From assembly GCF_006345805.1 (NCBI RefSeq), contig NW_021835169.1, positions 1 through 42,267 of the forward strand: a stretch of DNA of 42,267 nucleotides. The letters are read 5' to 3'. The notes under the pieces are model-generated. The model saw only the letters and a program-made list of their open reading frames with translations. It was not told where the DNA came from and did no database searches. The stretch comes from Octopus sinensis. Lineage: Eukaryota. Shown one piece after another: positions 1 to 12,592 of the stretch. Made by a program: the position numbers and the translations under genes. Positions within the stretch are counted from its first letter, which is position 1, and each line of letters opens with the position of its first letter.

Positions 1-599
1 GTGTGTATATATGTATAATTGCTTATTTTTGATTATAGGTACTTCTACGAGAGAGAGAGGGAGAGGGAAAGAGAGAGAGAGAGTGGAAGCGTGCGAAAGT
101 ATGTAGGTATCTCTATGTGATTGTATCTGTGTGTGTGTGTGTGTGGTGTGTGTGTGTGAGTCTGTTGAATGCTCGTACTTCAAGGTAACTGTATACTTGA
201 ATTACGCTTTTGAATAAAAGTATATATATGAATGTATATATATATATAAGTAGTATTCGCAGCCACTTTAATATGGCTGTCCGTGCCAGTGGACTTTACT
301 GCAATTTTTAACCCCAAGAGGACATCTCCTCTTGCTGGTTAACGATGCACAGCTGCATCCAATAAAACTGTGAGCATTGGAGCGAACACCTACTATCTCC
401 TAGTGACAGGATCAGTTGGCCAGTCCTGGTTTCGAGCTATTTCTGCCACTGCTTAGTACTATATATATATCATTAGTGTACATTTAAGCACAAAAGAGGC
501 GACCCTTAACAGGTAGGCTTACTTGCTAGAATTAGCAGTCAGAATGACCAAAACCACATTTAAGAGCAATTTCGAAATTGTGGATTGCGAAATCCATAA

Positions 600-764
600 G
601 TTCTTTAATATTCTCTCTGTTTATTTCTGTGTTCCTTTCTGCTGAAGAGCGTAGGCTCGAAACGTAAAAGACTTTCTCACTTCCCGACCGTTAAACTAAT
701 ACATCCGTTTGTTGTTCATATATACCTGTCTTTGTATTTTGTTTTTCTGTAAATGTCAACTATA
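600..764 (+). mobile_element. Short non-coding Penelope-like (PLE) terminal element, family A, ending at (TA)n
   Basis: Homologous to copies at ~20885, ~28794, ~29969 and ~39321. Carries CTTT-CTGCTGA-A-GAGC-GTAG-GCTC-GAAACGT-A-AAAG (635-670) and ends ...aactata into a TA tract. Confidence 0.65.
635..670 (+). ncRNA. Minimal type-I hammerhead ribozyme-like motif (variant core CUGCUGA)
   Basis: Stem I CTTT(635-638)/AAAG(667-670), core 639-645 plus extra A, stem II GAGC/GCTC, GAAA, palindromic ACGT stem III, GUA triplet. Confidence 0.6.
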
Positions 765-769
765 TTACG

Positions 770-813
<44 letters not shown>

Positions 814-817
814 ATAT

Positions 818-1010
818 AGTTAATCCAAACAAGAACAAAAAAACACAACAACGGGAGGACTTGGAACAATAGTATTATTGGGACGCTCAGGAAAGAAGAG
901 AAGAAGGGTTTACGTTTCGAGCGGAGCTCTTCGTCGGAAACATAGGTGAAGGAAAGATCCAGAGAAGGGAAGACAGAGGAAAAAAATCGCTAACGGTACA
1001 CACGAGGATA
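818..1010 (-). mobile_element. PLE-like terminal element family B with hammerhead-like motif (911-937)
   Basis: Minus strand reads GTTT-CCGACGA-A-GAGC-TCC-GCTC-GAAACGT-A; homologous to ~9075-9237 and 35820-36020; 3' end abuts (TA)n. Confidence 0.65.
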
Positions 1011-1169
1011 CATATATATATATATTATATATATATATATATTAATATATATATATATACAAAGGTATTACCTTTGGATAGCCTTGTTGCTTGTCTTGAT
1101 TATAATCACCCCATTTTGAATTATATGGATAATACCATATCAATTCTGGTGTCTTTAACTTAAGTACCA

Positions 1170-1370
1170 ATATTCAACTGAATCTAAATTTTACTGAACT
1201 TATATATACATATATTATATATATAATATATATATATATAATATACATGTATATAGATATATATATATATATATACATGTATATATATATATAATATATA
1301 TACATGTATATATATATATATATAATATATATATATAATAATATGTGTGTGTGTGTGTGTGTGTGTGTAT
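1170..1370. repeat. (TA)n/(TG)n compound microsatellite
   Basis: Directly visible dinucleotide tracts. Confidence 0.95.
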
Positions 1371-1564
1371 ACACACCGATATTTTGATGCAACAGGCAAA
1401 ATAGAACACAAAATACGAATGTATGTATATTTTTATTAATATTTAGCAGAATTAACAGAGTGACTCAAAGTCCGGGAATTTTGTGAGTTGCCACTTACTA
1501 ATTCACAAAACTCTCGTTCGTTCTCGAATTTTCTTAATTCTTATGACATCAACTATATACATAC

Positions 1565-1596
<32 letters not shown>

Positions 1597-1852
1597 ATAT
1601 ACATACAAACACGTACGATGACATGCATAAATATATTCTTGAATATACAAAGATGTATGAACATACATATATGCATATAAACAGACACACACACACACAC
1701 CACACACACACACACTATACACACTCAAACATACACACACGCACCTATCTATAAGAAACACAGGCTATGTAAACGGTGATATATATATATAAATATATTT
1801 AAATACATGTGTGAGTGTATATATATATATATATATATGTATACACTCACAC

Positions 1853-1898
<46 letters not shown>

Positions 1899-2162
1899 CA
1901 TGCATGTATACGTGCGTATAGGTATATGCATAAACGTGTACGCCCACATACACACAAGCACTGAACGGCAGAATAATACAAGGGGGATGTATGTAAGCGA
2001 TTTGTTGAGTAGATAATAAATTTTAATAGCACGCTTATTGATTTATCGATGACAATGTGTTTATTTACTGCATGATAATGGGAGCTGATATTTCTCTAAA
2101 TATTGGTGAATAGAGCAGCGTGTTATTAACATCTTTAAAACAACAACAACAACAATAATAAT

Positions 2163-2370
2163 TCTTTTTACTATAGGTACAAGGCCTGAAATTTAGGGGA
2201 AAGGGAGTAGGCGATTACATCGACCCCAGTACATAACTGGTACTTAATTTATGGATCCTAAAAGGATGAAAGGCAATGTCGACCTCGTCAGAATTCGAGC
2301 TCGGAACGTAGATGCAAACGAAATAACGCTAAGCATTTCGCGTGCTAACGATTCTGCCAACTCGCCGCCT
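2163..2370 (-). mobile_element. tRNA-derived SINE family S1
   Basis: Reverse complement of the 40145-40380 copy: head ggcggcgagttggcagaatcg, central gcctttcatcctt...ggtcgat...aagtaccagtt block, (TTA/TTG)n tail. Confidence 0.8.
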
Positions 2371-2420
2371 TAAAAATAATAATCATAATAATAATAATAA
2401 TAATAGTAATAATAATAATA

Positions 2421-2776
2421 TCCTTTTCTACTCGAACCACGTGGCCCCAAAGTTTTGGGGAGGGGACAGTCGATTAAATCGACTCCAGTACTCAACTGGT
2501 ACTTAATTTATTGACCCCGAAAGGATGAAAGTCGACCTCGGCGGTATGTGAACTCAGAATGTAAAGACAGACGAAATACCTATTTCTTTATTACCCACAA
2601 GGGGCCAAACACAGAGAGAACAAACAAGGAGAGACAAACGGATTAAGTCGATTATATCGACCCTAGTGCGTAACTGGTACTTAATTTATCGACATTGAAA
2701 GGATGAAAGGGAAAGTCGACCTCGGCGGAATTTGAACTCAGAACGTAACGGCAGACGAAATACGGCTCGCCGCCTT
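2421..2776 (-). mobile_element. Dimeric/tandem S1 SINE (one head, two bodies)
   Basis: Two successive copies of the gtatttcgtctg...gaggtcgact...catcctttc body, joined at ~2580. Confidence 0.75.
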
Positions 2777-2789
2777 AATAATGATAATA

Positions 2790-2820
<31 letters not shown>

Positions 2821-2911
2821 TAAAATAATAATAATAACCCTAGGACTTACAACCATACGTAAAATAAGAGGAAATAGCCATGCTAGTCGCATGTCAAACA
2901 TACCACGTAGG

Positions 2912-3135
2912 TTACTCTTTTACTCTTTCACTTATTTCAGGCATTTGATTGTGGCCATGCTGGAGCACCGCCTTTAGTCGAGAAAATCGACCCCAGGACT
3001 TATTCTTTGTAAGCCTAGTACTTATTCTATCGGTCTCTTTTGCCGAACCGCTAGGTTAAGGGGACGTAATCACACCAGCATTGGTTGTTAAGCGATGTTG
3101 TGGGGACAAACACAGACACACAAGCATATACACAG

Positions 3136-3166
<31 letters not shown>

Positions 3167-3342
3167 ATATATTATAATATTATACGAGGGGCTTCTTTCA
3201 GTTTCCGTCTACCAAATCCCCTCACAAGGCTTTGTCGGCTCGAGGCTAGTAGAGAAGACCACTTCTTGCCCAGGTGCCACGCAGTGGGACTGAACCCGGA
3301 AGCATGTAGTTAGTATAGCAAGCTACTTACCACACAGCCACT
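2912..3342 (-). mobile_element. tRNA-derived SINE family S2 with internal microsatellite
   Basis: Minus strand has A-box TGGCTGTGTGG, B-box GGTTCAGTCC, CORE-like cctgggcaag block, internal TA/CA tract, 3' gcggtgctccagcatggcc and agagtaa tail. Confidence 0.85.
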
Positions 3343-3521
3343 CTGGAATAATAAAAAAATAACAACACCAAAATAAATCATATCCGAAACCACATCATCG
3401 ATTATTGGGTGTGAATGTTTGGAGTTCGATGACTCGGCCCAGCTGATTGGACACTCAATCTGTTTTAGTGATCATAGGTCAGAACGGGTTAAATATTCTA
3501 AAAAATTATTTCTGAAACTAT

Positions 3522-3936
3522 CTTTGATCTTTTAGTTGTTTCGGTCAGTAGACTGCGGCCATGCTGGGGCACCGCGTTGAAGAATTTTTTGTAGAATGAA
3601 TCAAGCCCAGTATCTTTTTTTTTCCTTTTTTAAAGCCTGGTGCTTATTCTATCGATCTCTTTTGCCGAACTGCAAACTTACAAGGACGTAAACACACCAA
3701 CACTGGTTGTTAAACGTTGTAAGTGGGGACAACCAGACACTAAGACACACACACACAAACATACCCTCTCTCTCTCTCTCTCCTTTCTCCACACATATCT
3801 CCGTCTACCAGATCCACTCACAAAGGTTTTTCCGGCTCTAGGCTATAGTGGATGACACTTGCCCAAGGTGCCACGCTGTGGGACTGAACCGAGAACCATG
3901 TGGTTGGCAAGCAAGCTTCTTACCACACAGCTACGC
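3522..3936 (-). mobile_element. S2 SINE
   Basis: Same head, body and tail blocks as 2912-3342. Confidence 0.85.
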
Positions 3937-4123
3937 TTATTGCAGAAAATCTTTAGATGAATACATTTTGATATGATTTTTAAAATACATAATTTAAAGA
4001 AAAAGAGACTTGATTCTTTAAGAACCCTACCAATTTTAGAAGAAGGTACATCTCGGATCCTCATTAGCTTGATGTAGAATAATTAGATATATCTTCTTTT
4101 TGTTTTCGTTATGAGTCTAAAAA

Positions 4124-4246
4124 GTTCGTTTTGCAACCATTTGGTATTGGGTTCAGCCACAATGCCCCTTTGGCAAGTGTATTCTTACTATAGCCCCGGG
4201 CCAACCAATACCTTGTGAGAGAATTTGGGGAAAGAAAACTCTAAAG
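4124..4246 (+). mobile_element. S2 SINE 5' fragment
   Basis: gggttcagcc...ttggcaagtg...ctatagccccgggccaacc...ccttgtgag matches the S2 head. Confidence 0.6.
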
Positions 4247-4249
4247 ATC

Positions 4250-4955
4250 CATATCAAGAATTGAAAACCATGCACATCAATTTTGTTATGTCAACAAGTT
4301 CGATATTTGGGTCCCACATCAATTGAATGTGGCTAACCTCGCTCAATGGCTTTCTATCTGCGATTTGCTGCAGAAATATGAAGAAAACGATTCGGGTTTG
4401 AAAAGAATGGTGACAGGGAATAAAATACAACCATGGGGCAAGTGCGGCAAACCACCACAAACAAAGTCCAAATCAGGACTTCACTTGAATGCTTTTAATC
4501 TCGAGGGATTAGAAGAGAGCTATCTTTGACGAGCTTCTTCGTACTAAGATGACACTCACTTCAGATTTGTGCTATGATCATCTGGACGAATTAAATGCAG
4601 CGATCCACTAGAAGAGAGCAGCAGTTGATAATCGTAAGAGCATTGTCTTTCATCACGGCAATGCCAGACCGCACAGTTCTTTGCAGACGTACCAATAGTT
4701 ACTGGGGCTTGGCTGGGGCGTTTAGCCGCATTCTCCACATGCACCCGACTTTGCGCCTTCGGATTTCCACCTGTTACAGTTTCTTCAAAATTCATTGAAT
4801 GAAGACAGACCTTCAACTCTGAAGGGGATGCAAAGATTCACCCGGAAGAGTTTTTCGCTTGTAAAGGCAAGAGATTCTATGAGCAGGGAAAAATGGATCT
4901 GCCCACAATATGGCAGAAGATAATGGAACGAAACGGTAATTATATCATTGAATGA
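4250..4955 (+). pseudogene. Decayed mariner (DD34D-type) transposase
   Basis: Translations give KFDIWVPHQL (WVPHEL motif, W at 4308), KRMVTGN, FHHGNARPH (HDNARPH) and PHSPHAPDFAPSDFHL (YSPDLAPSDYHL). C-terminus FYEQGKMDLPTIWQKIMERNGNYIIE* stops at 4953-4955. Several in-frame stops and an internal deletion. Confidence 0.93.
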
Positions 4956-4989
4956 AAACTTGTTTTATTTTCGCTAAAAAAACCCAAAA

Positions 4990-5019
4990 AAACAGAACGG
5001 ATCTTTTGACCAAACCAAT
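4990..5019 (-). repeat. Right terminal inverted repeat of the mariner element
   Basis: Reverse complement attggtttggtcaaaagatccgttctgttt resembles mariner TIRs (TTAGGTTGGTGCAAAAGT... type); it lies just downstream of the stop codon. Confidence 0.65.
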
Positions 5020-5454
5020 TTCATATTCACCTCCCTCTCTCTCTTTTACTCTCTTTTTCATATTCACCCCTTACTCTCCACCTTCCTCTCTCTCCCTCTC
5101 TCGTTACTCTCTTTTTCATATTTAGCCCTCCTTCCCTCTCTCTTCCTGCTCTCCTTTTCGATTTTCATCACCATGTCTCTCTCTTTCTCCCCATCTCTCT
5201 CCTTTTCCCACTCCTCTCACCATCATCCCAAACATTGTATTAACGCCGGGTCGTTGGTTTTCCACGACAATCCAAGTGCAATGAGGTGTTTACTGCTCAA
5301 ACATAATTCCAGAAAGAAGCTAAGGAAAAAATATGGAAGACAGCAGTATAAAGTAGGGGGGAGGGGTGTAAGAAAATGAAGAAAAGGCAGGGAAGAAGAA
5401 GAAGAAAAAGAAAGAACAGAAGATGCTGATGCAGAAGAGAAAAAATAAACTAAG

Positions 5455-5457
<3 letters not shown>

Positions 5458-5549
<92 letters not shown>

Positions 5550-5630
5550 GTGTATATGTCTGTCTATCTACCTCTATGTATGTATATATACATGTATATA
5601 ATTAAACATATACATAGATATACATATATG

Positions 5631-5667
<37 letters not shown>

Positions 5668-5669
5668 GC

Positions 5670-5700
<31 letters not shown>

Positions 5701-6028
5701 CACACACACACAAATATATATAAGTAGGTATGTATATATATATATATATAATGTACACACAAATTCATACATATATAAAGACAGGCACACACATATTCAA
5801 ACAGATGGTGAGGGAGAATGGGACATAGTGAGGAGGTGGGGGAAGAGAACGAGGAGAAGAGGAGGGGAAGAAGTCGAAAAAGGTAAAAGAGGAGAGATAT
5901 TAAAACAAGAGATTACATGCACACATACTCACACACTACTTATACATATATATGCGTGTATATATATATATATATTTACATATATACATGTATATGTATT
6001 TATGTATTGTGTTATATATATATACATA

Positions 6029-6061
<33 letters not shown>

Positions 6062-6089
6062 CATGCATATAGATATATATAACAATATA

Positions 6090-6122
<33 letters not shown>

Positions 6123-6260
6123 GTATATAATATATATGTGTAATATATATATATATATATATATATTATGTATTATATATATATGTATACATATACATTT
6201 ATATATTCATATATATATATATGTTTATATATATATATTTCTATTATATGCATATAAATG
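5458..6260. repeat. (TATC)n followed by TA-rich compound microsatellites
   Basis: Directly visible. Confidence 0.95.
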
Positions 6261-6853
6261 TATATGTATGTATATGTATTTAACATGTACGTTTATATAA
6301 TTATATGTATGAATATATTTGTGTGTTTGTGTGTGTGTATAGAGAGGAAAAGAGTGTAAGCATGGACGACGAAACAAAGAAAAGGCGAATGATATAGAGT
6401 AAGCAAACGAGTAAACGATGTAGATGGCAAATGGCGGAAAATTGGTGCAGAAAGTTTAACATTAATAAAAGGCAAATGACAGTGGGGAGGATTCATATTG
6501 TGAATGTTTACGATCTTTAGTAAATAACAGCAGGATATGTCATTGCTGTGTTATTACAGCTCAATAAATCCGGGCGAAAATGAGACAAAAGCAAAGAAAA
6601 AGGGGGCAGGGGGAGGAGGAAACGTTTGTTTGACGTTGTTTCAATGTTGTTTGTCTTTCTCACTTTCCGTCTTACACTCGCGCACTTTCTGTGTTTTGCG
6701 CCTCCACTTCCTCCTCCTCCTCCTACTCATTACCCCCTCTCTCTTTCTATTTCGCTTTCTTCATTCTCTCTTTCGTACAGGTATGCACACGTGCATATGT
6801 ATATGTGGGTACATTTAAGGAGGTTGTATGCATGTATGTATGTATGTATATAG

Positions 6854-6901
<48 letters not shown>

Positions 6902-7132
6902 ATATATGTATATGTATATGTATATATATATATATTACACACATATAATATACATATATATATATAAATACATATATATATACATACATACATACATACA
7001 TAATACTACATACATACATACATATATATATGCATGTGTGTGTGTAAGTTTATATGTATACATATGTAAAAATTTATGAATATACATCTATGCATAAAGA
7101 CATGTATATATTTATTAATATATATATATACC

Positions 7133-7163
<31 letters not shown>

Positions 7164-7689
7164 GGTATATATGTATAGTTGCCTGTTAAAAGATATGGTT
7201 GCTTATGCATGTGTTGTTCACACGGAAATGTGTTGATGCCCAGGTGTGCCTATATATGAGTCGATATGCGCATGCGCGTATATGTATAACTATCAGTATG
7301 TTTGCAGTGTGCAATTATATACACACACACACACATCTACCCATATATCCCTGGATATCTGCTGATATTTGTTCATGCATCAGTACGCATGCGCACATTA
7401 ATTTAATTACGTATGAATAATTCGCATCATTGCAGTGATAGCGACGGAGGCGAATGACTTGTGTTTATCGTTGTTGTTGTTGTTGTTGTTATTTTTGTTT
7501 AGCATCAGAGACGCACTGAATTTGCAGGCTTATAACCATAGGCGTTCTAGCCTTGACCATCTTGTATGTATACCTGTAGCGAAACGTTATTGTATAATTT
7601 GAGGGCGGTCTAACTGCTATTTCTTGCGCACTGATCTCTCTACCATCTTCCTTCCTTCCTTTCTTACTTCCTTCCTTCCTTCTTTCTTT

Positions 7690-7733
<44 letters not shown>

Positions 7734-8257
7734 TTTTTCCTTCTTTCTTTTCTGTTTCTTTCTTTCCTTCTCTTAATTTCTCATTCTTTCTTTCGCTCTG
7801 TTTCTCTCGTTCTTTTTTCTTTTTTCTCTCTGCCTATTCCATTGTCTCTTTCTATTCGTTTCTCTCTCTCTCTTTCTTTCTCTCTCTCCTTTCTCTCTCT
7901 CTCTCCTCTCTCTCTCTCTCTTTCTCTGTGTTTGTCTGTCTTTTCATCTCTCGCTTTCTGAAAGCAGTCAGCTGTGGTTGGATTCTGAGGGAGAGGGAGA
8001 GAGAGGGAGCGAGAGAGAGATGGAGAGAGAGGGAGAGAGAGAGAGAAAGAGAGAGAGAGGGGAGAGAGAGATGTCTGCCAAGATTCGATGTTCAAAGACA
8101 CACCTTATGTTACAAAGGGGTGACAACTCTCAGGAATGGAGAACTCAAGGCAAGGAAAACCAAACAAGGACCCAAACAAAAAACCCCTTCGTGACTTCAG
8201 AATATTTCAGCATTTTGTTGTTATTGATTAGCACCTCTACATATCTGAGCGTCTCCT

Positions 8258-8435
8258 AATATCAAAGGCATTCCAGCCGTGGCTAACACGTAATAATTTC
8301 CATTCGGATATACCGTATACAAGACTACATTCCTAATATTTTTAAGACAGCGGAATGTGATTTCAAGGTTTGCCTGCTATTACATCTAGCAGTTCGAGAT
8401 ACAACATACAGCTACCCTGGTTGGCTAGGGGGCTT
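8258..8435 (-). mobile_element. Fragment of a further interspersed repeat (related pieces at ~500-580 + and ~7525-7625 -)
   Basis: Shared aggcattccagcc and ctgctatttctagc-like blocks among three loci. Confidence 0.45.
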
Positions 8436-9074
8436 ATGTGCAGTGTGAGAGACCGAAGAAGTGATTGGAGGTGAATCATTTACATATAATTTTCATATGA
8501 TTACAGCCGTTTCGTAATCTTCTCCCTGTATTTCGTGGAAATATTTACTGCTTGTTTATTTCGGATATTTACTACTTGTATAATATCTTTGAAAAGAGAA
8601 GAGATAGAAGAGAGAGATAGAAGACGTCCAGTCCTTAGAACGTCGTGCAGGAAAAGAAAGATTGTCACGTGAGGAAAAGAAAGATGGACGATGGTCACGT
8701 GTGAGCAACGAGAGAGAGAGAAAAAGAGAAAGAGGGGGAGGGAGACAGATAGAAAACGGTAAATTAGAGATATGCATATATATGCATATACAAGTACAGG
8801 ATGCCACCAACTGTGTAAACAAAATGAAGAACGAAAACAAACGAGTTAAATACGCAAACAACGAGAAAGAAAAAATGTAAAACAGGACAAGTAACACCAA
8901 GAACGACACTTCATCAGTTGTCGGCTGTCTATCTACTTCTCATTTCGATCATTCAATAACAATATGAGTCTTCGAAGACAGATGGTCCATAAATTTCAAA
9001 ATAAAATTTTGGATTTATGAAGAGTCAAAATTGGGAACAAAATATGTATATATGTGTATATGACCGCGTGTGAA

Positions 9075-9237
9075 TCGTCTTCCCTTCTTTGGAATTTTTC
9101 TATATTTCTGATGAAGAGCTCCGCTCGGAACGTGAAATCCTATTTCTTTTCTTTCCTTTCCTGAGCGTCCAATAACACTGTATTGTTCCACGTCTTCGTG
9201 TTGTTTTTTCTTGCTTGTTCATGTTTAGATTGACTAT
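9075..9237 (+). mobile_element. PLE-like family B copy with hammerhead-like motif (9104-9138)
   Basis: ATTT-CTGATGA-A-GAGC-TCC-GCTC-GGAACGT-G-AAAT; ends gattgactata into a ~300 bp TA tract. Confidence 0.7.
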
Positions 9238-9238
9238 A

Positions 9239-9243
9239 ACATA

Positions 9244-9292
<49 letters not shown>

Positions 9293-9299
9293 TATATTG

Positions 9300-9346
<47 letters not shown>

Positions 9347-9397
9347 CATATATATATAACATATATACTATAGATATATATATATATATATATATAC

Positions 9398-9428
<31 letters not shown>

Positions 9429-9481
9429 ATATATATATATAATATATATATATCTATATATATATATATATATAATATATG

Positions 9482-9540
<59 letters not shown>
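9239..9540. repeat. Long (TA)n microsatellite
   Basis: Directly visible. Confidence 0.95.
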
Positions 9541-9547
<7 letters not shown>

Positions 9548-9879
9548 GTATGCATGTATCTATGTATGTATGTACATGTAGTATACAATGCTGGTCTTGT
9601 TGCCGAGGAGTGAACTGAGATATACAGACTGAAAAGTAAGGGATCCCTATATTCATGCTTCTTTGAGAAGCATGAATATAGGGATGGAGATAGATAAACA
9701 ATAGATAGATTGGCAGACAGACAGACAGACAGATAGATAGATGAATAGATAGGTAGGTAGGTAGAAAGATAGGTAGATATGTAGGTACATAGACAGGTAG
9801 ACAGATAGAAAGGCAGATAGATAGATATATAGATAGATAGCGCTAGCTAGATAGATAGATAGATAGATAGATAGTTAAC

Positions 9880-9919
<40 letters not shown>

Positions 9920-10619
9920 AAGAAAAATAGATAGGTAAATAGAGGGAAAGAAAGAGAGTAAAGAGTATAAGTAAACTGGGAGACATAGACATGCTCCAGG
10001 CAAACAGAGAGAAAGACAAATGGACGGAGTACAAGGGGGAGAGAAACATATCGACACACAGACAAGTCGATAGACAGATAGACTGTCAGGTGGAGTGAGA
10101 GATTGATATTGGGGGTAGAGACAGACAGACAGACAGGCAAACAGTCTGGGAGGCAGATTTTGGGACAGAGACAAATAAGCTGTTTTGTCGCCGGTGATTT
10201 TTCATAAAAAGATCACGTGACCAACACCATAATTACGTGAAGACCTAATTGATTACACCGACGGTGATAGTGCACACACGTACGTACGCGAAACTCATAC
10301 ACATGCGCACATGGACACATGGCCATACACACACACACACACACACACACATGGCGCACATGCACACACGAACATATGTATACATATATACACACACACA
10401 CACATGTATGTATGAATATACAAGAGCACATACGTACGTATGCACATACACACACACACACAAACACACACAAACACACATACGAACACCAAAATTTAAC
10501 TCCATTTCTCTTTGTCTGTCTGTCTGTCTGTCTGTCTCCCTTCATCTCTTTTTGTTTCTTCGTCTTTGCCATCAGCCGCAACACGTACAACCTGGCCCGC
10601 TTTTCATACTCCCCTTCAT

Positions 10620-11190
10620 AATTATCGGCGTCATCATCACCATCCTCCTCCTCTTCCTCCTCCTCATCATCACCATCACCACCACTATCATCATCATCAT
10701 CATCATTATCATCATCCTCAACAACATCAGTACGACGACCACCACCACCATAGCACCACCATCACCATACACCACCATCACCATACACCACCATACCACC
10801 ACTACAACCACCACCACCACCATGCCACCACCACCATCACCATACACCACCATACCACCACACCCACCACCATACACCACCATACCACCACCACCATCAC
10901 CATACACCACCATCACCACCACCACCATCACCACCACAATCATCACCACTACAACCACCACCACCACCACCACCACCATGCCACCATCACCACCACAACC
11001 ACCACTACCACCATACACTACCATAACCACCACCACCACCATCACCACCACTACAACCACCACCACAACCATCACCACAACCATCACCACCACCACCACC
11101 ACCATACACCACCACTACAACCACCACCACCACCACCATTACCACCACTAAAACCACCACAACACCACAACCACCACCACCACCTTTGTG
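10620..11190. repeat. (CAC/CAT/CAA)n trinucleotide array with a higher-order caccaccatcaccatacaccaccat unit
   Basis: Directly visible; the unit recurs near 10756, 10826 and 10888. Confidence 0.9.
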
Positions 11191-11332
11191 GTGGTATTAT
11201 CCTGTTGTATGATAAGTGGAGAAAATCTTAATAACACAATTGAAAAATTGTGTTTTAAACCAGGAGTATTCGTAGAAATAATTGCATTGGTTTGGGATAA
11301 ATAATCAATACTAGTCATCTGTATATCATAGA

Positions 11333-11749
11333 TAATATCTGTTATGGACGCACGGTGTTTAAAAATACAAGAGTATATCAGTAGTAGACGAAGATCGTTC
11401 AGCAACGGCCGAGTAAATGCTTGATGTACATTTCTGCTTCGTTGGCCTTCGTCAGTACCATATATCCACTGCCAAGCGCAGGCTGATAAAAATCTGTCGC
11501 TGCTGATTGAAATGTTACATGCAATGATTGAAAATTTGCATGCAACAGAAGCACTATTACGTCAAAATAGGCATCTGTATATCATACTTAATGTAGATAC
11601 ATTGCAAAAGCAGCTGGCAGTGCGTACATGCTATTCACAAATCCCAGCGAAGGAGAAACGCGCATTAGCATTCTCACCGTCGCTCTCGGACGATTTTTGT
11701 CTATGATATAGTTTTGTTTTTAAACATAGTGCGTCCATAAAAGATATTA
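11333..11749. mobile_element. MITE-like element with ~75 bp imperfect terminal inverted repeats
   Basis: Left taatatctgttatggacgcacggtgtttaaaaatac matches the reverse complement of right ttgtttttaaacatagtgcgtccataaaagatatta; ends are TA; no internal coding signature. Confidence 0.65.
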
Positions 11750-12196
11750 TTTTCGGACAATTACCGTATTTAATTTGCCTTTCGCGATGTATCTGCATTA
11801 AGTATGATACAAAGATAGCTGTTGCATAAGGAAATAAAAAAAATAACGCCTATGGGCAGCATAATGTAGTATTGTCGAGTGTCTGAAGTATGAACACAAA
11901 TACTGCATTTGTAAAATATCCGTGTTACAGTTTGATTTTATGCTGCCAAAAGGCGTTTGCTTGTTTGACTCTTAATTTAAATTTCCTGATATCGGAAATT
12001 ACAAATTGATTTAGCGTTGGCACCATTCATCAAGATGATTACACGAAGATTTATTCCGTAATGAATGCTGGAGATACGTGTGGCCGAAAATTTGTGAACC
12101 CAAGTATGACTCGTTGGTTGGTCTGCGGGAAATGCATTTCAATAATCCTGCAACGATTTCAGGACCTCAAAGTAAACTTTGTTCCAATTATTGCAC

Positions 12197-12592
12197 AGAC
12201 CCAGGAATGGCTGCGTGGTTAAGAAGCTCATTATGCAACCACATGGTTCGGGTTCTGTTCTAATGCTCAGCACCTTGGCCAACTGTCTTGTACAGCAACC
12301 CTGGGTCAGCCAATGCTTCGGGAGTAAAGTTGGAAGATGTAAACTGTGTGGAAGCCCGCCATATGTGTATATTTGTGAGTGCTTTGCATTTGTGTTTGTC
12401 TAACCCACTGCTTGATAACAGGTGTTGATTTGTTCATGCCCTCATATCTTAGCAGTTCGGCAAAAGAGACCGATAGAGTAAGTAGAGCTTTAGACTTAAA
12501 TACTGGGTTCAATTTGGTCAATTAAAACCTTTCAACATGGTGCCCCAGCATGGCCGTAATCCAATGATTGAGACAAGTAAAAGATAAAAGAT
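12197..12592 (+). mobile_element. S2 SINE (diverged)
   Basis: Head tggctgcgtggttaagaagc, gcaccttggcc, cagttcggcaaaagagaccgatag, ccccagcatggccg, aagtaaaagata tail. Confidence 0.8.

Noticed and set aside
5458-5550. CRISPR-like regular repeats
   Set aside because: Eukaryotic microsatellites without unique spacers, and no cas genes.
8880-8925. Isolated CTGATGA/CTGAAGA words (8911 minus, 13274, 26243, 35315 minus, 36233 minus, 40456 minus)
   Set aside because: No properly placed GAAA with paired stems I-III.
10249-11231. Extensin- or histidine-rich-like ORFs (PPPSPYTT repeats)
   Set aside because: They arise from a CAC/CAT array open in multiple frames, and the ORF starts lie in CA microsatellite.
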